In this document: piece after piece, positions 19,092 through 27,403 of the stretch
How positions within the stretch are numbered: the first letter of the stretch is position 1
Layout of the letters: every line of letters begins with the position of its first letter
Assembly: GCA_023261845.1 (NCBI GenBank)
Contig: JALNJZ010000002.1
Location: forward strand, 136,997 to 200,996
Direction of reading: 5' to 3'
DNA: 64,000 nucleotides
From: Candidatus Terraquivivens tengchongensis
GTDB lineage: Archaea > Thermoproteota > Nitrososphaeria_A > Caldarchaeales > Wolframiiraptoraceae
Made by a program: the position numbers and the translations under genes
Notes under the pieces: model-generated
The model's input: only the letters and a program-made list of their open reading frames with translations
What the model was told of the DNA's origin: nothing
Databases searched by the model: none

Positions 19092-19557
19092 AAGACTGGC
19101 CGTAGAGTATAGGTTAATGCAGGAGCGTGACCCTCCGTTATTCGATATAGTTGATGGTGATCTGACACACTATACGGGCGTGATAGTAGGCTCCGGATAC
19201 TACGAGGGTGGGTACTTTAAGGTAGAGATAAAAATACCAAGGGCATACCCATACGTGCCGCCTGATGTTGTCTGGCATACAAGGATATGGCATCCCAATT
19301 TCACAGACGAAGTCCCTGCTAGGATATGCGAATCCATTTTCAAAGATGATTGGAGACCTGGATTGTACCTCGTGAACATCATCGAAGCTCTCCAAAATCT
19401 GTTAGCCAACCCAAACCCGGATGATCCGCTCAATTCGATAGCCGCTTATGAAATGAAGTATAGACCTGATGTTTTTTTAAATAGGGTTAGGTACTACATA
19501 CAGTTATACGCAACCCCAGAAAAGCTCTTTGAGAAAAAGTTAAAGTGGCGAATATAG
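19042..19557 (+). CDS. ubiquitin-conjugating enzyme E2 (UBC fold)
   Basis: HPN motif and catalytic Cys (IWHPNFTDEVPARICESI), followed by W.PG...NIIEALQNLLANPNPDDPLN, typical of UBC domains. Confidence 0.85.
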   Translation: MTLLETYSELPEPLWNKRLAVEYRLMQERDPPLFDIVDGDLTHYTGVIVGSGYYEGGYFKVEIKIPRAYPYVPPDVVWHTRIWHPNFTDEVPARICESIFKDDWRPGLYLVNIIEALQNLLANPNPDDPLNSIAAYEMKYRPDVFLNRVRYYIQLYATPEKLFEKKLKWRI

Positions 19558-19717
19558 CTAAAATTTCGTTTTCCACAATCTCGTGGAGCGTAAGATACAG
19601 GAGAGTAGAATTCCTAAAATACATCTACAATGGATATGCACTAAAAGGGTTTACAAGACCCTATTCTAGAGGATAATAAACATTATTATATCGTTTTAGC
19701 AGACTTTCGAGCTGTAA

Positions 19718-20905
19718 ATGGAGCCGTATCTGCTGGAAAGATATGATAGACAGATAAGAATCAGCGGATGGGATCAGTGGAAAGTATCGAACTCAACGGT
19801 CTTAATAGCAGGCGTAGGCGCAACGGGTTGCGAGTTAGCAAAGAACCTTTGCCTTGCAGGAATAGGTAAGCTGATCTTAGTTGACAACGATGTGATCGAG
19901 CTCTCGAACCTTAACCGCCAAATGCTTTTTGACGATTCTGATATAGGTTCACCGAAAGCTATAATTGCCAAAGAGAAGCTCCAGAAGATAAACCCCTATG
20001 TTAAGGTTGATGCTTACTATGAGGACATAAGAAAGTTTGACGAATCTATGTTAAAGAACGTGGATGTGTTTTGTTCTTGTCTAGACAACTGGGCAACGAG
20101 AAGGTGGCTCAACTCGCTTGCCGTCGAGCTTAAGAAACCACTCGTGGATACAGCGATCGAAGGTCTTTATGGGAATGTACAGGTTGTAATACCAGGAGAA
20201 ACCGCATGTCTTGAATGTCATGGTGATGCCTTAATCCCTAAGGACACACAATTGGCTGAATGTACACTTAGAAGGCGTAAGCCAGAGGACTTGGCTGAGG
20301 ACTTAAGGAAAAACAAAATCGAGATGCCCTTTGAACTTGTTAAAGAGCTGTTCTCTATGGGTATAAAAACGATTTATGACCTGAAATATACGCCAATAGA
20401 AAGGTTTCAAAAAGAAGGTAGTAAGATTTCCGAGGAGATACTCAGGATAAGGGATCTTCTAAAGCCCAAGCTACCGGCAATTCAAGGAGGAGCATCGGTC
20501 ATAGCAGGTGTGGCATCTTTAGAGGTACTGAAAATAATACATGGTGGAAGCATTGGAAAGGTAGCGAAGCACCTAATAGTCTACGATGGCGTATCACAAA
20601 GGTTAACTAAGGTCACTCTAAAAAGAAGAGAAGACTGCTTTGTTTGTGGCGATATTATGCAAGGAAAACCAATCGAGATAACGGTTAGTCCTGACGACTA
20701 TATATGGAACTTAAAGGAAAAGATAAGTACGTTATTCAGCATACCAGATCCCGAAATCCAGTATAAAAAGTGGATATTAAAAGACGAACAAAAGTTATCG
20801 GAGATAAACATTAAAAGCGACGACATACTATATATCCACACGAGTAGGCGGTACGTGCCAATACCCATAAAGGTGAGCCTTATTGAAAATAGTAGTGGGA
20901 CATGA
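19718..20905 (+). CDS. ubiquitin-activating E1-like enzyme (ThiF/MoeB/UBA family)
   Basis: RYDRQIR..G...Q.K...STVLIAGVGATGCELAKNL nucleotide-binding motif, catalytic Cys region (VFCSCLDNWATRRWLN) and zinc motifs CLECHGD and CFVCGD. The C-terminal roughly 90 aa may be a UBL domain. Confidence 0.9.
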   Translation: MEPYLLERYDRQIRISGWDQWKVSNSTVLIAGVGATGCELAKNLCLAGIGKLILVDNDVIELSNLNRQMLFDDSDIGSPKAIIAKEKLQKINPYVKVDAYYEDIRKFDESMLKNVDVFCSCLDNWATRRWLNSLAVELKKPLVDTAIEGLYGNVQVVIPGETACLECHGDALIPKDTQLAECTLRRRKPEDLAEDLRKNKIEMPFELVKELFSMGIKTIYDLKYTPIERFQKEGSKISEEILRIRDLLKPKLPAIQGGASVIAGVASLEVLKIIHGGSIGKVAKHLIVYDGVSQRLTKVTLKRREDCFVCGDIMQGKPIEITVSPDDYIWNLKEKISTLFSIPDPEIQYKKWILKDEQKLSEINIKSDDILYIHTSRRYVPIPIKVSLIENSSGT

Positions 20906-21113
20906 GGTTTGTGTGGGCAAGTGGATCTGGACAAAGGTTAAGACTGTGAATAGGGTGTGCCCGGTTTGCACTTCCGAAATTGATGAAGGTGCGGCTACAA
21001 CAACGTGCCCCCATTGTGGTTCCGTGGGTCATAAGGCGTGTTTTGATAGTTGGTTAAGTATAAGGAATGCGTGCCCGATATGTAAGAGACCAGTATTGGA
21101 GATGGTGTTATGA
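20883..21113 (+). CDS. small RING-like zinc-finger protein (candidate E3)
   Basis: 76 aa with the pattern C-x2-C-x12-C-x2-C-x4-H-x2-C-x10-C-x2-C. It overlaps the E1 stop, and its own stop overlaps the next ATG (ATGA). Confidence 0.75.
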   Translation: MKIVVGHEVCVGKWIWTKVKTVNRVCPVCTSEIDEGAATTTCPHCGSVGHKACFDSWLSIRNACPICKRPVLEMVL

Positions 21114-21421
21114 GCGAGGAAGAAGAGTTTGTAATAGATCTCGAGTATGTCGATACGCCTAGCGGAAAAGTGGCATCACTCAACACCGTCAAGAAATTGG
21201 CTGAAGCAATTTCTATAGTTCACGAAGAAGCTGAAAAACTATCAACCAAAGTCCTTTCTCTCGAAAGTAAAATACCTGGTGCTGATTTATTAAATAGGTT
21301 AGAGAGTAGGTTAGCGGCTTTGGAGAAGGGCCAAGATCAGATACTTGCACATATAGACTCGTTAATAGAGGCCTTTAACAGTCTCATAGAAACTTTAGAG
21401 AAAACATTGAGAAAGGATTAA
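21110..21421 (+). CDS. coiled-coil protein, last gene of the Ub operon
   Basis: 103-aa acidic coiled-coil. ATGA overlap with the RING gene indicates co-translation. Confidence 0.45.
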   Translation: MSEEEEFVIDLEYVDTPSGKVASLNTVKKLAEAISIVHEEAEKLSTKVLSLESKIPGADLLNRLESRLAALEKGQDQILAHIDSLIEAFNSLIETLEKTLRKD

Positions 21422-22257
21422 GGAGTAAGTATAGCTTTCCTGAATTCTCCTACCAACTTCTCCAGACTCGCCTTCCGCTCCGTAAGCTCGTTTATATCGT
21501 TTAACAGCTCTGCTTTCTTTACCTCTAACCTAGAAATTTCTTCGCTCATCTCCCGCATCCTATTTTCTAACTCACGTGTCATCTCTTCGCGCTCCTTTAT
21601 TTTCATAAGAGCGTCCGATAACTCCCTCTCCCTTTTTGCGATCCTTTCAAGTCTTATCTCTTTTAGCTTAAACATGCGGTTTATCTTATTTACCTCTTCG
21701 TCAATCTTATGTAGCATTCCCTCTAACGATACCAAGTAACGCTGGGATAGGTCTTTAAGTTCCGCCTCTATTCTGTTTTTCTTCTCTTCGAGCTCCCTAA
21801 CATACGCGTCAAAGTTTGATAATTTATGCTCCTTCTCTTCAAGGTCCGCCTTCCACTTCTTCAACTCGTTTTTGAGAATCTCGAGCTCACTCTTTTCTTT
21901 AATTAACTTCTCTACATCTTCTCTAAGCATTGCTCTTTCTCGTGAGAGCAGCTCTAAAACATCATTAAGACCTTCTTTGATGGAATCGAACCATTCTTTA
22001 TATTCCTTTATAACTTTCAACTCCTTAACGATACTTTCTGCGCTTTCTGCTGCTTCGCTTACTCTTGCTAAGAATTCCTCCGGGAATGTTCTTTCTCGTG
22101 AAAGTTCCTTAACATTTTCTGAAATTTCGATAAGTGTTCTCTCAAGCGAACTAACCCTTCTATCCATTTTCTCTTCGAGTTGGAGCCTAAGTTCCTCTAA
22201 CTCTCTTCTAAACTCATTAAGGATCTCTTCTTTGGACTTTCCTCCAAGAAAACCCAT
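21418..22257 (-). CDS. highly charged coiled-coil protein with PspA/ESCRT-III-like N-terminus
   Basis: 279 aa. The N-terminus MGFLGGKSKEEILNEFRRELEELRLQLEEK resembles the PspA/Vipp1/Snf7 N-terminal helix. The remainder is an E/K/R-rich coiled coil. Confidence 0.45.
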   Translation of the reverse strand: MGFLGGKSKEEILNEFRRELEELRLQLEEKMDRRVSSLERTLIEISENVKELSRERTFPEEFLARVSEAAESAESIVKELKVIKEYKEWFDSIKEGLNDVLELLSRERAMLREDVEKLIKEKSELEILKNELKKWKADLEEKEHKLSNFDAYVRELEEKKNRIEAELKDLSQRYLVSLEGMLHKIDEEVNKINRMFKLKEIRLERIAKRERELSDALMKIKEREEMTRELENRMREMSEEISRLEVKKAELLNDINELTERKASLEKLVGEFRKAILTP

Positions 22258-22382
22258 TTTGGTTCACGAAAGTTTGTATAAAGCTCATATAAAAGCATAC
22301 AGGGCATAAGCGAGGGTTAATTTTAAAATTAAGGTTACAATTAAAATATTTAATAAACAAGAAAAACTAACAAGAAGGTTGA

Positions 22383-23078
22383 GTGGTGGGTTTGGCGGTT
22401 TCATCCCAAGCAGTATTGGGGCGGTTTTTTAAGCTAGCGTTGATTGTGACAGGAATAGGTGCGATCCATATCCTCACGCTATTCATGTCTTGGTACACGG
22501 TCGTGTCAGATACGATAACCACAACCACCATACAGGGATATGCCATCGCTGAGTCTCTTTACATGTCAATCGCAGGGGGTATAGTTTGCGGAATTGCTCT
22601 TATACTGTCCTCCACTTCATCGAATATAATAACTGCGAAGTGGCTCGTCGGAGCTACTGCACTTGTCGGAGCTCTTCTCGCAATAACATCACCAGCTTAT
22701 ACGCACTTCATAGTAATACCTGCGCTACAGGCAAAGGGGTATTTAGAAATAGGAATATTCATGTCATACTTTTCAGCAATAGCGATGTTTGTCCCTGCCG
22801 CCACTATAATAGCAACACCCATTAGGGTCGAAGTAGCACCTCACGTCGGGCCTCCTTATCTTGGGACTTCAGCCCCGATTGTTGAGGAAGCTGTTGAACT
22901 GACACATGTAATCGATATACCTCCCGGTGCTATTTGCGGGATATGTTACCAAGAATTGGACCCAGAAACCACCATGATGTGTAGCAATTGCCAGACGATG
23001 TTTCATAAAGGTTGCATCGATATCTGGGTAAACTTAAACGGTACGTGTCCAAGCTGTAAGAAGCCCGTAGTCAGATAA
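22383..23078 (+). CDS. polytopic membrane protein with C-terminal RING-like zinc finger (candidate membrane-anchored E3)
   Basis: About 5 hydrophobic helices followed by CGICYQELDPETTMMCSNCQTMFHKGCIDIWVNLNGTCPSCKKP, the same C4-H-C3 spacing as the small RING protein. Confidence 0.65.
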   Translation: MVGLAVSSQAVLGRFFKLALIVTGIGAIHILTLFMSWYTVVSDTITTTTIQGYAIAESLYMSIAGGIVCGIALILSSTSSNIITAKWLVGATALVGALLAITSPAYTHFIVIPALQAKGYLEIGIFMSYFSAIAMFVPAATIIATPIRVEVAPHVGPPYLGTSAPIVEEAVELTHVIDIPPGAICGICYQELDPETTMMCSNCQTMFHKGCIDIWVNLNGTCPSCKKPVVR

Positions 23079-23120
23079 ACCTTTTTATATTAAACAAGTA
23101 TTACGTTTACCCTTAGGCGT

Positions 23121-24590
23121 ATGGAATCAACAACCTCGCTATACAACGAGATAGTCAGGCTGGCGCTCGAACGGAACTTCTTCTTCCCATCATCTGAGAT
23201 ATACAGTGATGCACCCGCAGGTTTTTACGAATATGGACCGCTGGCAGTATCGATGAAGAACAAGTACATAGAGATATGGCGAAGAGAACTGATTAGAAGA
23301 GATGAGATGGTGGAGATAGACGGCTCTCAGATAATGCCGAAGAGTGTATTTATAGCATCTGGACATCTTGAAAGCTTCACCGATCCTATAACTAGATGCA
23401 CATCATGTAATGCCATCTTTAGAGCTGATAAACTACTTGAGGAAATCTTAGGATTTTCAGTGTCCGAAAGGCTGGCTACGGAGGAGATGGATAAGCTTAT
23501 CTCAGAACATAATGTAGCCTGTCCAAAGTGCAAAGGCAAACTTGATAAGGTTTCAAAGTTTAACATGATGTTCAAAGTAAACGTTGGCGTGTCAGGAGAT
23601 GAATGTTACCTCAGGCCAGAAACATGCCAGAGCATCTTCGTCGATTTCCTTAGGATTTACAAAACGATGAGAAAGAAACTTCCATTTGCGATCGCACAAT
23701 ACGGTAAAAGTTTCAGGAATGAGATATCGCCCAGACAATCTCTGATTAGGCTTAGAGAGTTCTACCAGGCGGAGATCGAGGTATTCTTTAATCCGAAGAA
23801 GGCTAATGATTTACCAAAAGCACGCGAGTATGAGAATTATGTTTTAAGGTTAAAGCCTTTAGAGAAAGATGAGGTCATTAAAGTTTCTTGCAAAGAGAGT
23901 GTCGAGACGGGTCTCATCTCGAGCATGCTCGTAGCCTATTACCTTGCCCTCATCCAACGTTTCTACCAAATTGTAGGCATTGACATGGAACGATTCAGGT
24001 TAAGACAATTGAGTGACGACGAAAGGGCATTCTATGCGAAGGAGGCATGGGATGTGGAAGTTTTGACGAGCATTGGATGGATAGAGCTTGTTGCCTGTAA
24101 CAACAGGACAGATTACGATCTCTCCGGCCACTCTAGAGTTAGCGGTCAAGATTTGAGCGTTTACGATGACGGTGAGAAAATCATACCACATGTATTCGAA
24201 CTTTCCATGGGGGTTGACAGAAGTCTGTTTTGTATATTAGAGCATAGTTATACAAAAGAAAGCGATAGAACGTTATTGAAGCTTCCGCCTATGCTAGCAC
24301 CAATTCAGGTAGCAGTTTTCCCGCTTGTTACCAAGGATGGTTTAGACAAAAAGGCAATGGAGGTCTACGAAGCACTAAAGCTAGACTTTGATGCCATCTA
24401 TGACGATAGCGGCTCTATAGGCAGGCGCTACAGGAGACAAGACGAAATAGGCACACCGTTTTGCGTGACTATAGATTATCAAACAATGGAAAATGAAACC
24501 GTTACAGTTAGGGATAGAGACACAATGAATCAGGAAAGGGTACCTATCAGGGACCTCAAAAGGTACCTCATGGAAAAGTTAAGATATTGA
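23121..24590 (+). CDS. glyS: glycine--tRNA ligase (archaeal/eukaryal type, class II)
   Basis: RPETCQSIFVDF...KKLPFAIAQYGKSFRNEISPRQSLIRLREFYQAEIE class II motifs. An anticodon-binding domain at the C-terminus. Confidence 0.9.
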   Translation: MESTTSLYNEIVRLALERNFFFPSSEIYSDAPAGFYEYGPLAVSMKNKYIEIWRRELIRRDEMVEIDGSQIMPKSVFIASGHLESFTDPITRCTSCNAIFRADKLLEEILGFSVSERLATEEMDKLISEHNVACPKCKGKLDKVSKFNMMFKVNVGVSGDECYLRPETCQSIFVDFLRIYKTMRKKLPFAIAQYGKSFRNEISPRQSLIRLREFYQAEIEVFFNPKKANDLPKAREYENYVLRLKPLEKDEVIKVSCKESVETGLISSMLVAYYLALIQRFYQIVGIDMERFRLRQLSDDERAFYAKEAWDVEVLTSIGWIELVACNNRTDYDLSGHSRVSGQDLSVYDDGEKIIPHVFELSMGVDRSLFCILEHSYTKESDRTLLKLPPMLAPIQVAVFPLVTKDGLDKKAMEVYEALKLDFDAIYDDSGSIGRRYRRQDEIGTPFCVTIDYQTMENETVTVRDRDTMNQERVPIRDLKRYLMEKLRY

Positions 24591-24637
24591 ACAATTAGGA
24601 TGAGAAAGGTTTAAAGCAATAATGTTTATTCTTAAAT

Positions 24638-25312
24638 GTGAACGACATGACTCTACCAAGGGATAGAGAAGAAGAATATAGTGCCAGGTTGCTCTCGCTA
24701 CTACAAGACCAAATTCGGAAGGTTATGGAGATGTCTAGGGCAGTCCTTTTGATGATAGAGGATATCATGAATGAAGTTCCCCTTAAAGACATAGAGGCCA
24801 GATACGATGCAATCTTGAAACTTGACGATGAAGAACGGAACATTAGAAGGATGATAGAAAAGGACATTGCCAACATAGGTGCACTCCTAACGAGCAAGGA
24901 GGATTTCATAAGACTGATGAATAGTCTCGATAAAATCGCTGACACATCAGAAGGAATTGCTTATAGACTCGTGAGTCTGATAAAGATGAAGTTCAAAATA
25001 AACAAAGACATATTCAAAGGAGTGCTCCAGCTAGGCGAGGCGGTTCATTCGATCCTCGGTAAACTAAGAGAAGCGTTGCTAAGCGTCGCACTTGATTCTG
25101 AGACTTTCATGAAGAAGGTTGCGGAAATAGATAACGCAGAAAGAGAAATAGACGACATATACAGGAATTTAAGCCTTGTAATCCTTCAGAGCGATATGAA
25201 GGTTGGCCATATGTTCCTCATAAGGGAAATAGTGTCTTTGCTCGAAGAGATAGCGGACAAGGCTGAAGAATCCGTCGAAACATTAAGGACGCTCTCACTC
25301 ACGGTGTTTTAG
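24638..25312 (+). CDS. DUF47/PhoU-like helical protein
   Basis: 224-aa all-helical protein resembling the TIGR00153/DUF47 family. Confidence 0.45.
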   Translation: MNDMTLPRDREEEYSARLLSLLQDQIRKVMEMSRAVLLMIEDIMNEVPLKDIEARYDAILKLDDEERNIRRMIEKDIANIGALLTSKEDFIRLMNSLDKIADTSEGIAYRLVSLIKMKFKINKDIFKGVLQLGEAVHSILGKLREALLSVALDSETFMKKVAEIDNAEREIDDIYRNLSLVILQSDMKVGHMFLIREIVSLLEEIADKAEESVETLRTLSLTVF

Positions 25313-25882
25313 TTGACGCATACTTTAAACGATCAAGAGAAGATAGTTGCCGACCTCGTTCAAGACAACATAATAGTGTGGGATGTAAAGAAGGGGAGGG
25401 AGCTCTACAAGTTAGGATGCTACGGAAAACCACTCGGCATACCTAAGCCCAAGAGTTTCGAGTTTGACGCACCACTCATTTTAGACGTGATAGAAGCAGT
25501 TTATTTGGTAGAGAAAGGAATCATCAGCGTTAAGAAAAACAACTCTTTGATGAAGTTGGATGAGCTGATAGAGTACGGAAAGAAGAATTATGAAAGGTTC
25601 GAGGAGAAGTATTTGGTGTACAAAGACCTGAGGGATAGGGGATTCGTGGTCACACCTGGCATAAAGTTCGGAAGCGACTTCGCGGTATACAAGCACGGCC
25701 CAGGAATAGATCATGCGCCCTTCATAGTCCAGGTCAAGCTCGAAGACGACGAGCTTTCGGCCGCGGATCTGATAAGGGCAGGCAGGCTGGCAACTACCGT
25801 CAGGAAGCGCTTCGTCATAGCCGTCCCGAATCTAATGGATAAAAAGGTCACGTACTTGGCGTTTGAGTGGTGGAAGGCTTAG
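25313..25882 (+). CDS. endA: tRNA-splicing endonuclease
   Basis: Catalytic-domain motifs (YKDLRDRGFVV..GIKFGSDFAVYKHGPGIDHAPFIVQV). Confidence 0.85.
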   Translation: MTHTLNDQEKIVADLVQDNIIVWDVKKGRELYKLGCYGKPLGIPKPKSFEFDAPLILDVIEAVYLVEKGIISVKKNNSLMKLDELIEYGKKNYERFEEKYLVYKDLRDRGFVVTPGIKFGSDFAVYKHGPGIDHAPFIVQVKLEDDELSAADLIRAGRLATTVRKRFVIAVPNLMDKKVTYLAFEWWKA

Positions 25883-25907
25883 AGGTCTTTTTGTATTGAT
25901 GAAAAAC

Positions 25908-25981
25908 GGGCCCGGCGGGATTCGAACCCGCGACCCCCGACTTAGAAGGCCGGTGCGCTGTCCATTCTGCGCCACGGGCCC
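25908..25981 (-). tRNA. tRNA-Arg (anticodon TCT)
   Basis: The reverse complement folds as a cloverleaf: acceptor GGGCCCG/CGGGCCC, T-arm GGGTTCGAATCCC, anticodon loop CUUCUAA. 74 nt, no encoded CCA. Confidence 0.8.
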
Positions 25982-26135
25982 TTTTACGTTGCGAAACACA
26001 ATATTTACGCTGTTTATGTTATGATGGTCGCTGCCTTATAAATATCCTTCTATGAACAGTTTTAGATGTTACTTTCTAAAAATTCGGAAAAATTTTGAAA
26101 AAGTTTTTAAGAATTATAAAGGATCAAAGCCCGAG

Positions 26136-26394
26136 ATGACGGATAAACCTGTTATCGAGACAAGATCGTTAGTAAAGATTTATAGAGCTGGTCCAGTCGA
26201 GGTGCCGGCCCTAGGGGATCGTGAAGAACGTAGAACTTCAGCTCTCTATGAGTCCTGTAATTACGCCTGAACTAATCGTAACTGCTTTACTGTTTGCCGT
26301 GTTGATAGGTGCTTTAGCAGGGCTGTTGCCCGCATAGAGGATCACAAAGTTAACACCTGTCAAGCTTTACGATATGAATAACACAATAGTATGA
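26136..26394 (+). pseudogene. remnant of an ABC transporter (ATPase N-terminus fused to FtsX-type permease C-terminus with internal amber)
   Basis: PVIETRSLVKIYRAGPVEVPAL reads as an ABC ATPase N-terminus. The +1 frame downstream reads ...ELIVTALLFAVLIGALAGLLPA*RITKLTPVK, an FtsX-family C-terminus with an in-frame TAG at 26335-26337. Confidence 0.35.
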
Positions 26395-26557
26395 CGATAA
26401 CTCCTCAAAAGCCCCTTAGCAAACTATAAGGTCTGAGTTGGGGCTTTATATATTGAACATTAACTTCAGCCCCAGCTCTTTAATGACCGAATAAACCAGT
26501 TAAAGCAAAGTCCTTTTATACCAAAAGAATTATATAGGTAATACAGATGAAAAAATC

Positions 26558-27397
26558 ATGCCATATTGTCCCAAATGTGGGAGAGAGGTCTCTCCCGAAG
26601 ATTCTTTCTGCAGAAATTGTGGCACCAGTCTGGTTCCTGTTGTTCAATACCCGCCCACACATCCAGTAGTTGCTCCACCACCAAAGTGGAGCAGGAGAAA
26701 ATTCATAGGAGCGGTGGTCGGCATATCAGCTTTGGCTCTGCTTGGGTTTTTTGCGTACCAACAATATGGAAAAGAACTGGAGAAACTTTTTGGTCAGGAG
26801 ACCACGACTACGACAAAGATTGTTACGACTTCGAAGCAGACGACAACAGCCCAACCATATGTTACTACAACAGCTGGCACTACTACAATAACGACCACTA
26901 CTTCACCGTATTCCACTACGACAACAACTACGACGACAACACCTGCTGTAGCATGGCCGAGGGACAAGCCTGAATGGATTGAAAGGGATTGGGAGGAAAC
27001 AGTTTATCCTTACTTGGTTGCATACTGTCAAGCTGAGCGTGAAGCTGTTGAAACTACAGTGGTAAACGAAGGAAATGCTACCGCCTACTTTGCTGTATTA
27101 GAGCTTTATGCTCTAGGAAGATATCGTTTTGATGAACCCAACCGTCATCTAGACCACTCTCTAAGAGAGCTTGTACTCTTAAGACGTTTTTCAGGTATAG
27201 TCCTACATCCTGGAGAGAGAAAGAATTTCCAATTCGTAATAGACGCTCCACCAAAGATTTACGACCCGGTCGTTTGGATATGTTATGACCCAATACTTGA
27301 CCCGAAAGGATTTAGTGTAGATAGTAATGCTGAGCTGAGATCCGTAGTTCAAAACAGACATGTGGTTATACGAGGTCGATACGGAATAATTGGGTGA
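26558..27397 (+). CDS. zinc-ribbon / single-TM / Thr-rich stalk / extracellular-domain protein
   Basis: N-terminal CPKCG..CRNCG, a transmembrane helix FIGAVVGISALALLGFFAY, a roughly 55-aa Thr-rich low-complexity linker, and a C-terminal domain of about 150 aa. Confidence 0.55.
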   Translation: MPYCPKCGREVSPEDSFCRNCGTSLVPVVQYPPTHPVVAPPPKWSRRKFIGAVVGISALALLGFFAYQQYGKELEKLFGQETTTTTKIVTTSKQTTTAQPYVTTTAGTTTITTTTSPYSTTTTTTTTTPAVAWPRDKPEWIERDWEETVYPYLVAYCQAEREAVETTVVNEGNATAYFAVLELYALGRYRFDEPNRHLDHSLRELVLLRRFSGIVLHPGERKNFQFVIDAPPKIYDPVVWICYDPILDPKGFSVDSNAELRSVVQNRHVVIRGRYGIIG

Positions 27398-27403
27398 TTA
27401 TAC

